The notes beneath the pieces were generated by a model. The model saw only the letters and a list, made by a program, of their open reading frames with translations, was not told the DNA's origin and ran no database searches. Below, piece after piece: positions 44,728-54,087 of a stretch of 56,957 nucleotides of DNA. Position 1 is the stretch's first letter; each line of letters opens with the position of its first letter. The stretch covers positions 1 to 56,957 of the forward strand of contig JBDRFG010000013.1 in NCBI GenBank assembly GCA_043819135.1, given 5' to 3'. Made by a program: the position numbers and the translations under genes. This DNA is from Candidatus Eiseniibacteriota bacterium. Lineage in GTDB: Bacteria; Joyebacterota; Joyebacteria; Joyebacterales; Joyebacteraceae.

Positions 44728-47067
44728 TCAAGGCCAGGACGCGCCGCCCGCGTAGAGCTCGCGGTAGACCTCGGAGTAGCGGAACACGCGGCGGACGTAG
44801 TCGATGGTCTGCGAGTACCCGATGTCCTCGACGAAAACGTCGCTGTCGCGCTTTCCCCCGTACCCCCACCACCTCTCGGACGCCTCCGGGCCGCCGTTGT
44901 AGGCCGCGAGCGCCCTCAGGACGTCACCATCGAATTCCTCGAGCTGCACGGAGAGATACTCGGTCCCGAAACGAACGTTGGTTTCAGGATCGAACAGGTG
45001 CGAGTTCCGGAACCCGCGGTGTCCGAGTCTCCTGGCGACCCAGCTGCCGGTCGCCGGCATGATCTGCGAGAGCCCGCGGGCTCCGACCCACGAAACGGCG
45101 TCGGGTTCGAAGAGGCTCTCCTGCCGGATCAGCGAGTACTCGACGTAGGGGTCGATGGACCTGGCCGCGCACTCTCGTTCGACAATATCGCGAAAATGCG
45201 TCGGGCAGATGCGTTTCTGCAGGTAGATCGGCGCGTCACTCAGGTCCTCGGCCGGGGAGATGGCCAGGATCCTCTCCGCGAGAAGGATGGCCCGCTTGTG
45301 TAGACCCACTCGTTCGCAGTATTCTACGAGGATGTCGAGCGAGCGCGGATCCCTTCCGACCACGTCCTCGAGAACCGACAACTCAGTCAGGGCGGCGGTG
45401 CGCATGTGAAGCGCGAGCATCGTGTCGGCGCGCCTGAACGCCGGCTCCGAGTGGATGCTCTGGCTGAGCGCCACTCGTTTCGTCGGAAAGTAGACCTCGT
45501 CGTACCACTCCGCGAGCCACGCCGCGAAATCCAGCGCCTCGCCTCCCCACATCGCCGTGCGAGCGAATCGCGATGTCCCGCCGGAAGGCGCGGTCTTCCC
45601 CTCCGGTAGAGCCGGGACGTGTCCCAGCTCCCGAAGGCGAGCCCGGGCGCGCGCCCCGTAGTAGGAGTCCCTGGCGACTTCCACCGCCTCGACGTAGGTC
45701 GCAACCGCGTCCTCGGGACCCGAGAGCTTCTCCAGGCACTTGCCCGACCAGAACAGAGCGCGAGCCGCGGGTTCGCCCGATGCGTGGACGAAGATGTCCG
45801 CGAACACCGCGGCGGCGCCGGGGTAGTCATCGAGCTTGTAGAGGCACAGCCCCGCCCGAAAGAGCGCGTCATCGGCCCACGGCGAGACGGAGTACGCACC
45901 CACGATGCGGCGGAACTCGGCGCCCGCCTCGTCCCACCTCCCCTTCTCCTCCAGGAGCCTGGCCTTCTCCCACAGCAGTTCGGGAGCGGCATCTCTCTCC
46001 GGGTGCTTGACGGCGAAACGCTCGTAAGTCGCCAGGCTCTCTTCAAGACTGCCGCTTGCGCGGCGGCAGTAGGCGAACCTCGACCACGCCAGGTCGTAGT
46101 ACTCGGCGTCCGGTCCGAATTGCGTCGCGTCTTCATACTTCTTCGCGGCCGTGCGAAACTCCCCCATACGCTGGTGGCTTCGTCCGAGGAAGTAGGTTGC
46201 CTCGTGCTCGAACTCCTTCTGCCTGTCGTGGCGTATGTAGTACTCCAGAAACTCGGCGGAGTCCCTGTAGAGCTTGCGATTGTAGAGAACCAGCCCCTGG
46301 TGGTACCTGTCGGTGAACGCCCGCGAGATCTTGCGCGCCCGCGTGAGCGCATCGTGCGAATGACGCGATCTCGGGAAGTCGTCGACGGCGACAGCGTAGC
46401 TTCGTTTGGCCGCCTCGTCGTCCCCTCTCCTCTCGTAGGTGCGCCCCATCCTGTAGTGCGCCAGCGCGCGCTCGTCGTAGCTCTCGGCCTCGACCAGGCA
46501 AAGCCTGTACCACTGGAGAGCCATGTCGTAGTCACCCGCCTCCTCGTAACGCCACGCCAGTTCCAGCATGGCGGGCGAATCGAAGGCGGTGTCATCTCCG
46601 TCGTCGATGATGATGCGGAGCTCCGACATGGCAAGGTCGAAGTCGCCCATTCCCGCGTGGCACGCTGCCAGACGAAATCGAACGAGATCTTCGATCTCGC
46701 TCAACTCGTCGAGGCAAACGGTGTAGTCGGCCAGAGCCACCTTCCACTCTTCGAGGTGCTCGTGAGAGCGCGCCTTCAGAAAACGCGCCCTGGCGGCAAG
46801 GTCGACAAAGTACGTTGCGGGCGAGGCGCCGCCGTTCGACTCGATGATCCTCAGCGTTCTGGCATAGAGCTCGGCGGCGGCGGCGTAGGCACCACGCTCG
46901 AAGCGCAGGTCCCCCTCGCTGAACAGTGAGTCTGCAGCGGCGCGCCATGACGCGTGCGCCGGGGCCGCCGGCAGCATGGCCGCGAGCGCAACGACGGCGA
47001 GAACGCGAACGACGAACGTCGTGTAGCCGACCGTCGCCGTCGCGTGAAGTCGAGTGTTGCCTCTCAT
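44728..47067 (-). CDS. Soluble lytic transglycosylase with TPR scaffold
   Basis: IRQESLF, GARGLSQIMP, ALAAYNGG; long TPR region; signal peptide. Confidence 0.9.
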   Translation of the reverse strand: MRGNTRLHATATVGYTTFVVRVLAVVALAAMLPAAPAHASWRAAADSLFSEGDLRFERGAYAAAAELYARTLRIIESNGGASPATYFVDLAARARFLKARSHEHLEEWKVALADYTVCLDELSEIEDLVRFRLAACHAGMGDFDLAMSELRIIIDDGDDTAFDSPAMLELAWRYEEAGDYDMALQWYRLCLVEAESYDERALAHYRMGRTYERRGDDEAAKRSYAVAVDDFPRSRHSHDALTRARKISRAFTDRYHQGLVLYNRKLYRDSAEFLEYYIRHDRQKEFEHEATYFLGRSHQRMGEFRTAAKKYEDATQFGPDAEYYDLAWSRFAYCRRASGSLEESLATYERFAVKHPERDAAPELLWEKARLLEEKGRWDEAGAEFRRIVGAYSVSPWADDALFRAGLCLYKLDDYPGAAAVFADIFVHASGEPAARALFWSGKCLEKLSGPEDAVATYVEAVEVARDSYYGARARARLRELGHVPALPEGKTAPSGGTSRFARTAMWGGEALDFAAWLAEWYDEVYFPTKRVALSQSIHSEPAFRRADTMLALHMRTAALTELSVLEDVVGRDPRSLDILVEYCERVGLHKRAILLAERILAISPAEDLSDAPIYLQKRICPTHFRDIVERECAARSIDPYVEYSLIRQESLFEPDAVSWVGARGLSQIMPATGSWVARRLGHRGFRNSHLFDPETNVRFGTEYLSVQLEEFDGDVLRALAAYNGGPEASERWWGYGGKRDSDVFVEDIGYSQTIDYVRRVFRYSEVYRELYAGGASWP

Positions 47068-47091
47068 AAGGTTCCAGGACTCCTTGCTGCG

Positions 47092-48879
47092 CTAGCTCTG
47101 GGCAAGACCCAGGAGTCTCCCGACATCGCTCGCCGTTCTGGCTGCGACGGCCTCGCTCGCCAGCGAGACGGCGGCGTCCAGTTCGACGTCCCTGATGGCC
47201 CGCTTGGTCAGCAGCAGGCGGCTGTTGGAAACACTGAACTCGCGCAGTCCGAGACCGATCAGGAGGGGAACATACGCGGGCGTGCCTGCCATCTCCCCGC
47301 AGAGGGAGATGGGCTTGCCGGCCGAGGCCGCTCCTTCAACGGAGAGCGCGATGAGCGCGAGGACCGCCGGATCGTGCGGCCTGTAGAGGCGGTTGACGTA
47401 GGAACTCCCGCGGTCGACTGCAAGCGCGTACTGTACGAGGTCGTTCGTCCCGATACTCAGGAAATCGCACTCCTCGGCCAGCCGGTCCGCCACCATCGCC
47501 GCCGACGGTACCTCGACCATCACGCCGACCATAATGCTCTCGTCGAAGGAGACTCCCTCGCTCGCGAGTTGATCCTTCGCTTCGCTCAGCCTGCCGAGCG
47601 CCTCGCGCAGCTCCTCCACCGACGAGATCATCGGGAGCAGAACGCGCACGCTCCCGAGCGCGCTCGCCCGGAGTATCGCCCTGAACTGAGTGCGCAGGAT
47701 GTCGGGGCGATCGAGAAGCACGCGGGTCGAGCGATAGCCCAGGTTGGGATTGTGTTCGTGCAGCGGATTCTGAGGACCGACGAACTTGTCGCCTCCGACA
47801 TCCAGTGTCCTTATGGTGACGGGACTCTTGCCCATCGCCCGGACCGCTCCTTGATAGGCCTCGAACTGAGCATCCTCATCGAGGAACAGATTGGCCGCCA
47901 TGAAGATGAGTTCGCTGCGCAGGAGGCCTATTCCGTCGGCGCGCAGCTCGGCGGCCTCGCTGGCCTCCTCGATCGAGCCGACGTTGCTCATGAGAGTTAT
48001 CTCGGTCCCGTCCCGCGTGACGGACGGAAGGTCCAGGACCACCTCCAGCCCATGGCGCTCTTCCGCCTCCTCCTCGCGCCTTCGTTGGTAGCGCTCTTGA
48101 GTGTCGGCGGACGGGTCGACGATGGCCACGCCCTGCGCGCCGTCCAGCGCGATCAGCTCTCCGGTACGAACCTTGTCGAGAATACCCTCGACGCCGGACA
48201 TCGCCGGGACTCCGAGTGAGCGCGCCAGGATGGCGGCATGCGATTCCGTGCCCCCAAGTTCCGTGACAAACCCCAGTATCCGACCGCGCTCCATCGAGGC
48301 GGTATCGCTGGCCCTGAGCTCTCGCGAAACCAGGATCATGGGTTGCGACAGGGGACAGTGGGCCCACACCCCGAGCATTCGCTCGATGACGCGCTTGCCT
48401 ATGTCGCTGACGTCGAAGGAGCGATCTCGCAGATAGCGGTCTTCCGAGGCGGCGAGCACACCCGACACTCGCTTCATCTCCTCGGCGACCGCTGCCTCCG
48501 CGTTGATGAGATCCTCCCGAATGGACTTGAGGATGACCTCGAGCACGGACTTGTCCTCGAGGATCATCGAGTGCACGAGGAAGACGTCGGCCTTGTCCTG
48601 GCCGAGCTCTCTGGACACATGCTCGGCGTCGCGAAGGAGTTCCTTCTTGACGAGGGCGATGGCCTCTTGTAGACGCGCTATCTCCCCTTCCACTTCGGAA
48701 GGATCGATGCTGCGCACCTCGATCTCGTCGAGAATGTCGCCGTATACGAACGCGGGCGCGACCACGACGCCGGGTGAGACGGGCGTTCCTCGCAGGACGG
48801 CACGCCCCTCGGCGGTGACGGGACCGTCGAGTCGGTCGCCGCCCGAGATCGCTCCTCTGTCGTGTGAGTTCACAGACAT
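47092..48879 (-). CDS. ptsI: PEP-protein phosphotransferase (PTS enzyme I)
   Basis: GGTESHAAILARS, GIGLLRSE, IRTLDVGGDK, SIGTNDL.QY, LCGEMAG; start reassigned to MSVNSHD. Confidence 0.9.
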   Translation of the reverse strand: MSVNSHDRGAISGGDRLDGPVTAEGRAVLRGTPVSPGVVVAPAFVYGDILDEIEVRSIDPSEVEGEIARLQEAIALVKKELLRDAEHVSRELGQDKADVFLVHSMILEDKSVLEVILKSIREDLINAEAAVAEEMKRVSGVLAASEDRYLRDRSFDVSDIGKRVIERMLGVWAHCPLSQPMILVSRELRASDTASMERGRILGFVTELGGTESHAAILARSLGVPAMSGVEGILDKVRTGELIALDGAQGVAIVDPSADTQERYQRRREEEAEERHGLEVVLDLPSVTRDGTEITLMSNVGSIEEASEAAELRADGIGLLRSELIFMAANLFLDEDAQFEAYQGAVRAMGKSPVTIRTLDVGGDKFVGPQNPLHEHNPNLGYRSTRVLLDRPDILRTQFRAILRASALGSVRVLLPMISSVEELREALGRLSEAKDQLASEGVSFDESIMVGVMVEVPSAAMVADRLAEECDFLSIGTNDLVQYALAVDRGSSYVNRLYRPHDPAVLALIALSVEGAASAGKPISLCGEMAGTPAYVPLLIGLGLREFSVSNSRLLLTKRAIRDVELDAAVSLASEAVAARTASDVGRLLGLAQS

Positions 48880-48950
48880 CGCAGCTTCCTCAGAACGTGT
48901 GGAAAGGGCCGAGTCGTGGACGCCCCCGGAGGGAAAAGCCTGTGGACGCC

Positions 48951-50330
48951 CTAGGTCCGCACCTTCTTCACTGCCTGTAGTGCGGCCATGGCCACCGGGT
49001 CCCAGACCGGTGAGAAGGGCGGAGCGTAACTCATGTCGATGTCGGCAAGGTCCGCGACGGTCATCCGCGCGTGGAGCGCGGTGGCGATCGTGTCGATGCG
49101 CTTCCCCGCTCCTTCCCGTCCGATTATCTGACCGCCGAGCAGTCGCCCGCCTTCGGGCTCGAAGACCAGCTTGACGTGTATCTCGCCGCCGCCCGGATAG
49201 CCGTGCGCCTTTGTGAGGGACTTTATTCTGACCGATGCGGCGGTCAGTCCCTCTTCCGCGGCGGCACGCTCCGTCAGCCCCGTCTGCGCGACCTCGAGGC
49301 CGAACACCTTCGCGATGTTCGTCCCGGCCACGCCTCCGAACTGGGCGCTGCCCCCCACGGCATTCTCCCCCGCCAGCTTGCCCTGCTTGTTCGCGGTCGT
49401 CCCGAGCGGGATCCACACCGGGCGACGCGTCACCACGTGCATCGCCTCGGCGCAGTCCCCGGCCGCGAGGACCGAGGGCACGCTCGTTACCTGGCGGGCG
49501 TCCACCTTGATGGCGCCGGTTCTGCCCAGCTCCAGACCGGCGGCGGACGCAAGCCCCACCGAGGGACGGACACCGACGGAGACAAGCGCGAGATCCGCCT
49601 CCAGCCTCTGTCCGCCTGCAACTACGTAGCCAAGATCATGGGCGCCGTCTTGCGGCTCGAAGCCCTTGACGCCCGTCTCCTTCCGGACCATCACACCCAT
49701 GGCGCGGAGCTCTCCCTCGACCAGCTCGCTCATGTCGGGATCGAACGTCGATAGAACAGTAGGAAGGAGCTCGATGACAGTCACCGTGATGCCGCGCGAC
49801 GCCAGCGCCTCCGCCATCTCGAGGCCGATGTAGCCCGCGCCGACGACCGTTGCCTTCCTGACGCCGCCCGACTCCAACCGCTTGCGCAGATTCTCGCCGT
49901 CCGCCAGCGTGCGAAGCGTCGTCACGCCGGGTATATCGATACCCGGAAGATGCGGCTTCACGGCCGCCGCGCCGGTGGCGAGCACCAGGGCGTCGAAAGA
50001 AAGACTCCCATTGCTGCCGTCGGGTCCGCGGAAGGCCACCGTCCTCTTCACGGGATCCAGCGCCGTTACCTCGGTGTTGAGCCTGACGTCTATGCGACGT
50101 TCCTTCCGGAAGGAGTCCGCCTCGACGCGAACCAGACTGTCTCTGCTTGCGATGACACCCGACACGAAGTACGGAAGGAGACACGCGCCGTAGGACACGT
50201 CGCCCCCAGCCTCGAACGCGACGATCTCGACGTCGGGGCGGAGGCGTCTCGCGCGGCTCGCGGCGCTCATCCCGGCCGCGACACCTCCGACCACCACCAG
50301 ACGTCCACCCTCTCGCATTGCGGGTGGCAT
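48951..50330 (-). CDS. CoA-disulfide reductase / NADH oxidase family flavoprotein
   Basis: GGVAAGMSAA, SYGACLLPY, GAGYIGLE, AAGDC, YAPPFSP. Confidence 0.88.
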   Translation of the reverse strand: MPPAMREGGRLVVVGGVAAGMSAASRARRLRPDVEIVAFEAGGDVSYGACLLPYFVSGVIASRDSLVRVEADSFRKERRIDVRLNTEVTALDPVKRTVAFRGPDGSNGSLSFDALVLATGAAAVKPHLPGIDIPGVTTLRTLADGENLRKRLESGGVRKATVVGAGYIGLEMAEALASRGITVTVIELLPTVLSTFDPDMSELVEGELRAMGVMVRKETGVKGFEPQDGAHDLGYVVAGGQRLEADLALVSVGVRPSVGLASAAGLELGRTGAIKVDARQVTSVPSVLAAGDCAEAMHVVTRRPVWIPLGTTANKQGKLAGENAVGGSAQFGGVAGTNIAKVFGLEVAQTGLTERAAAEEGLTAASVRIKSLTKAHGYPGGGEIHVKLVFEPEGGRLLGGQIIGREGAGKRIDTIATALHARMTVADLADIDMSYAPPFSPVWDPVAMAALQAVKKVRT

Positions 50331-50379
50331 GCGGTGCCCGCCTTTCTGTGTTCTTTCTCGGTTCGATGCCGGCTGCGCG

Positions 50380-50487
50380 ACCGTCGCCACCCTCACACGA
50401 CTAACACATCGAGCGTCCATCCGCAAGACCGGCGACCCCGTGGATCTCGGCCTTCACGACGATCTCATCGTCCGCGTCGGTCACCAA
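50380..50487 (-). pseudogene. Possible Hsp20 remnant
   Basis: VTDADDEIVVKAEIHGV, then LDVLVV*G in a shifted frame. Confidence 0.3.
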
Positions 50488-50517
50488 GGTAGTGCGTAGT
50501 AGTTTCACAAGATGGAG

Positions 50518-50766
50518 TTATTCGTCGGAGCTCTCACACTCCCTGATCGCGGCGATCAGGCGTTCATGCATGTCGCTGGGCAGGGTCTTTCGGCGGGTCT
50601 GTCTGTGCAGAATGATCGTGCGCTCGAACGTGTGGACGAGAGCCCGGGCCCTCTCGCAGTACTCAAGGTGCAGCATGAATTCCACCTCGAGCTCTTCGTC
50701 GAGCTCGCCGTCGAAGTGTTCCGACAGGCACTGAACGAATCTCTTGCAGTCGTCTACGTGTGACAC
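50518..50766 (-). CDS. Small soluble zf-HC2-like anti-sigma factor
   Basis: C......LSEHFDGEL...HLEYCERA, with Ala at the second Cys position. Confidence 0.75.
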   Translation of the reverse strand: MSHVDDCKRFVQCLSEHFDGELDEELEVEFMLHLEYCERARALVHTFERTIILHRQTRRKTLPSDMHERLIAAIRECESSDE

Positions 50767-50883
50767 CGTCCCTGGGTCCCTTCTATCGACTGCCCGTCGC
50801 CGCCGCGGCCGGCCGACCGTTGTGACCGGCCGGCTGCGGCGCGAATCCTTGCGCGAATCTCTATTGTGAGAGGACCGGGCCTA

Positions 50884-52821
50884 CTAAGCGGGCTCTTCCT
50901 CCGAACGTCCGCCCATGTGCCTGGCCAGGAACCTCTCCGCGTCACCATAAAACCTAAGCCTGTTCTCCGGCTTCGCAAACCCGTGCCCTTCATCCTCGAA
51001 GACGATGTACTCGACCTCGAGACCGTTGGCCCTCATGGCCTCGACGAACTGGTCCGACTCCGCCTGCACGACGCGCACGTCATTGGCGCCCTGCGCGACG
51101 AGCATGGGAATCTTGACCTGGTCAACACTGAACAGCGGTGAGCGCGATCTCAGGAATTCCTCTTCCGTCCTCGGGTCGCCCACGCGATTGTACATCATCT
51201 CGATCATCGTGCTCCAGTAGGGCGGAATCGTGCTGAGGAAGCTGATGAGGTTGCTCGGCCCCATCATCGGAACGGCGCAGCAGAAGAGGTCGGGCGTGAA
51301 GGTCGCTCCGGCGAGCGCCGCGTAGCCTCCGTACGACGCGCCGTAGATGGCGACTAGATCGGGATCGGCGACGCCCTGGTCGATAGCCCAGTTGACGGCG
51401 TCGACCAGATCGTCCTGCATCTTCCCGCCCCACTCCTTGTCACCGGCGTTCAGGAACTCCTTGCCGTAACCGGTCGAGGCGCGGAAGTTCACCTGAAGGC
51501 AGACGTAGCCGCGGTTCGCCAGCCACTGTGCCTCGGGGTTATAGCCCCACGTGTCGCGGGCCCACGGACCGCCGTGGACGTTGAGGACCATCGGCAGGTT
51601 CCTGCGCTCCACGTCCGGCGGGTACGTGATGTAGCCGTGGATGGTCAGCCCGTCACGAGACTCGAATGAGATGGGCTCGACCGGCACCAGGTCGTAGTCC
51701 TCGAGGTCGGGCTTGTGCACGAACAGGAATTCTCCCTGCTTCGTGCCCCTGTCGTAGCTGTAGTACGACACCGGACCGTCGTCCTTCATGAAGGCCACGA
51801 TCCACGTGTCGTAGTCGTTGTCGTAGCTCGTGATGCTGAAGTCGCCGTTGTCCAGCCTCGATATGGCCTCGAAATCCTGACCGACCCCGTCGTCGAGGAT
51901 CATCCACTCGTTGCGAGCCTTCGTGAACGCCACGGCCTCGATCTCGTAGGTGTCGGGGTTGATGACGACGTCGCTGACATCGTAGGTCGGATCCTCGGCA
52001 ATAATCTCGAGTTCGCGCGTCTCGAGGTCCAGCCGAACTAGACGGCCCGCATTCGCGTTCCGGGAGTCGATCATGTATATGGACCCGCCGTCCTTGGTGA
52101 ATCCGAGCGGGCTGCTGACCATGTTGTCCTCGTCACCCCACGTGACGAGCGTCTCCCACGTGGCGGCGTCAGCGCTCTCGCGGTACAGGAGCTCGGTGTC
52201 GCCGGTCGGACCCATCGCGAGCGCTGCCCGCACTTCGAGGTTGAAGTCCGTGAGGTAACCGACGATGTTCCCAGGGTTCCTGGCCACGAGCGTCAGCTCG
52301 CCCGTGTCGAGTTCGAGTCGGTAGACGTCGTGAAGGCGGGGGTCCTGCTGGTTCATCGAGATGAGCATCGTGTTCGGATGATGCTTGCCGTAGTCGAGGA
52401 TGCGAACCTGAACGCCTTCATAGGGCGTCAGTTCGCGGGTCTCCCCGCTCTCGATGTTGACGGAATAGAGAAGCCAGTTCTCGTCTCCGCCGGCATCCTG
52501 TAGATAAAGGATGTTCTCGCTGTCCTGAGCCCAGAGATAGCGGAACACGCCACGGTTGTCATCGTGCGTGACCGCGCGGTCGTCGTCCTCCCCTATCGTC
52601 TTGACCCAGACATTGAGGACGTCATTGTCCGGAGCGATGTAAGCCATGCGCTCGCCGCTCGGAGAGATCTTCGCCCGCGCCTTCTCGGGATTTCCGAAGA
52701 GGACGGTCCGGGGGATGATCCTGGTTTCGCTGCCGCCGCACGACGTCAGGGCCAGCGTGATCCCTGCTAGAAGCACCGCGGCCAGCACCAAAGCGATCGG
52801 TCCTGCGTATCTTCTGCTCAT
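50884..52821 (-). CDS. S9 family peptidase lipoprotein
   Basis: Lipobox LTSC; VHGGP, GASYGG, GANDVRV, DEGHG. Confidence 0.93.
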   Translation of the reverse strand: MSRRYAGPIALVLAAVLLAGITLALTSCGGSETRIIPRTVLFGNPEKARAKISPSGERMAYIAPDNDVLNVWVKTIGEDDDRAVTHDDNRGVFRYLWAQDSENILYLQDAGGDENWLLYSVNIESGETRELTPYEGVQVRILDYGKHHPNTMLISMNQQDPRLHDVYRLELDTGELTLVARNPGNIVGYLTDFNLEVRAALAMGPTGDTELLYRESADAATWETLVTWGDEDNMVSSPLGFTKDGGSIYMIDSRNANAGRLVRLDLETRELEIIAEDPTYDVSDVVINPDTYEIEAVAFTKARNEWMILDDGVGQDFEAISRLDNGDFSITSYDNDYDTWIVAFMKDDGPVSYYSYDRGTKQGEFLFVHKPDLEDYDLVPVEPISFESRDGLTIHGYITYPPDVERRNLPMVLNVHGGPWARDTWGYNPEAQWLANRGYVCLQVNFRASTGYGKEFLNAGDKEWGGKMQDDLVDAVNWAIDQGVADPDLVAIYGASYGGYAALAGATFTPDLFCCAVPMMGPSNLISFLSTIPPYWSTMIEMMYNRVGDPRTEEEFLRSRSPLFSVDQVKIPMLVAQGANDVRVVQAESDQFVEAMRANGLEVEYIVFEDEGHGFAKPENRLRFYGDAERFLARHMGGRSEEEPA

Positions 52822-52865
52822 CTGTCCTCTCCTCGTCAGCGTGGGTCGTCAGGACCACTCGTTCA

Positions 52866-53492
52866 CTACCGGCCGTCGGTGCCCGTCGTGGTCCCGTGCG
52901 CCTCAGTTCCGCGATCGAAATAGTCCGACAGCTTTCCTCTCAGAAACAGGCGCGCGCGGTGAAGCCTGGACTTCACGGCGGGAACGGAGAGTCCCAGCGC
53001 GTCCGCGGTGTCGGTGGTCGAAAGACCGTGCACGTCTCGCATGAGAAAAACGATACGGTTGTCCGGGTCGAGTTCGTTGACGTGCCGCACCAGCACGTCC
53101 GACAGCTCGTTGTTCATCACATCGGCGCGCGGGTCGGTCGTCCAGTCCGTGAGGTCTCTCGTGACGTCCCCCTCGTCGAGCTCGACCGGCCGGTCCAGTG
53201 AAACCGTGTCCAGCTTCTTCTTGCGGATTCTCATCAGGCTTTCGTTGTAGGCGATCCGGTACAGCCACGTCGAGAAGCGCGCCTCCTCGCGGAATCCGGG
53301 CAGCGCCTTGAAGGCCTTGATGAACACCTCCTGAAGACAATCCTCGGCGTCCTCCTGATTGCCTAGCATCTTGAGGCACAGCCCGTAGACTTTCGCCTCG
53401 TTCCGCTCCACGAGTTCCCCGAACGCCTCGGAGTCTCCCGCTTTGGCGCTCTTGACGAGTTCGGTATCGGAGGGAAGTTGTTGTGCCGTCAT
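52866..53492 (-). CDS. ECF sigma-70 family sigma factor
   Basis: DAEDCLQEVF...FSTWLYRIA; AVKSRLHRAR. Confidence 0.95.
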   Translation of the reverse strand: MTAQQLPSDTELVKSAKAGDSEAFGELVERNEAKVYGLCLKMLGNQEDAEDCLQEVFIKAFKALPGFREEARFSTWLYRIAYNESLMRIRKKKLDTVSLDRPVELDEGDVTRDLTDWTTDPRADVMNNELSDVLVRHVNELDPDNRIVFLMRDVHGLSTTDTADALGLSVPAVKSRLHRARLFLRGKLSDYFDRGTEAHGTTTGTDGR

Positions 53493-53557
53493 GGCTGCTC
53501 CAAAGACAAGAGCGAGTCAGGGTAGGTCTGGTCACCGCCGGAGGTCACGTCCATCGG

Positions 53558-54040
53558 TCAGTACCAGTCACCCCCGAGCGAGCGAGTTCCGAATTCCTCG
53601 CGCGCGATCTGGGCGACGAGCCGGGGTACCGCCCTGGCCGCGGTCATGTCCGACTCAGCAGTGGTTCTCAGGCTCTCACCGAGCTCTATCGCGTAGATGG
53701 ATATCTCCATAGGGATACCGATGCTCTTCGGACCCTCGAGGCGGACGGTCGCCCGGTATTCCATGTCGCTCGGACCGTCGGTTCGGGGAACAAGGTCCAG
53801 GTCGGACAGCCCCAATCTTCGGAGTTCCCCGACGTCGCCTTGACCTGTCCTGATACAGTCGACAACCACGACCTTATCGTAACCGGCCGCAATGTCGAAG
53901 AGGTTCATCGATGTCTCGTACGCCTCAATGATGTCGACGTCGGGGTCCGCCAGCATGGCGTACAGGCCGCGCGCCACGTCCAGACCGACGCGCTCGCCCT
54001 CGAAACCCCTGCTGCCGAGCCCCAGGATGAGAGTCCTCAT
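53558..54040 (-). CDS. Hydrogenase maturation protease homologue with degenerate motifs
   Basis: MRTLILGLG...VGL, YDKVVVVDCI..G, ISIYAIE. Confidence 0.72.
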   Translation of the reverse strand: MRTLILGLGSRGFEGERVGLDVARGLYAMLADPDVDIIEAYETSMNLFDIAAGYDKVVVVDCIRTGQGDVGELRRLGLSDLDLVPRTDGPSDMEYRATVRLEGPKSIGIPMEISIYAIELGESLRTTAESDMTAARAVPRLVAQIAREEFGTRSLGGDWY

Positions 54041-54087
54041 CGTCCACCGCCCCTCCCTTGTGACACGCCGGCTGGTGCGCCGGTTGG

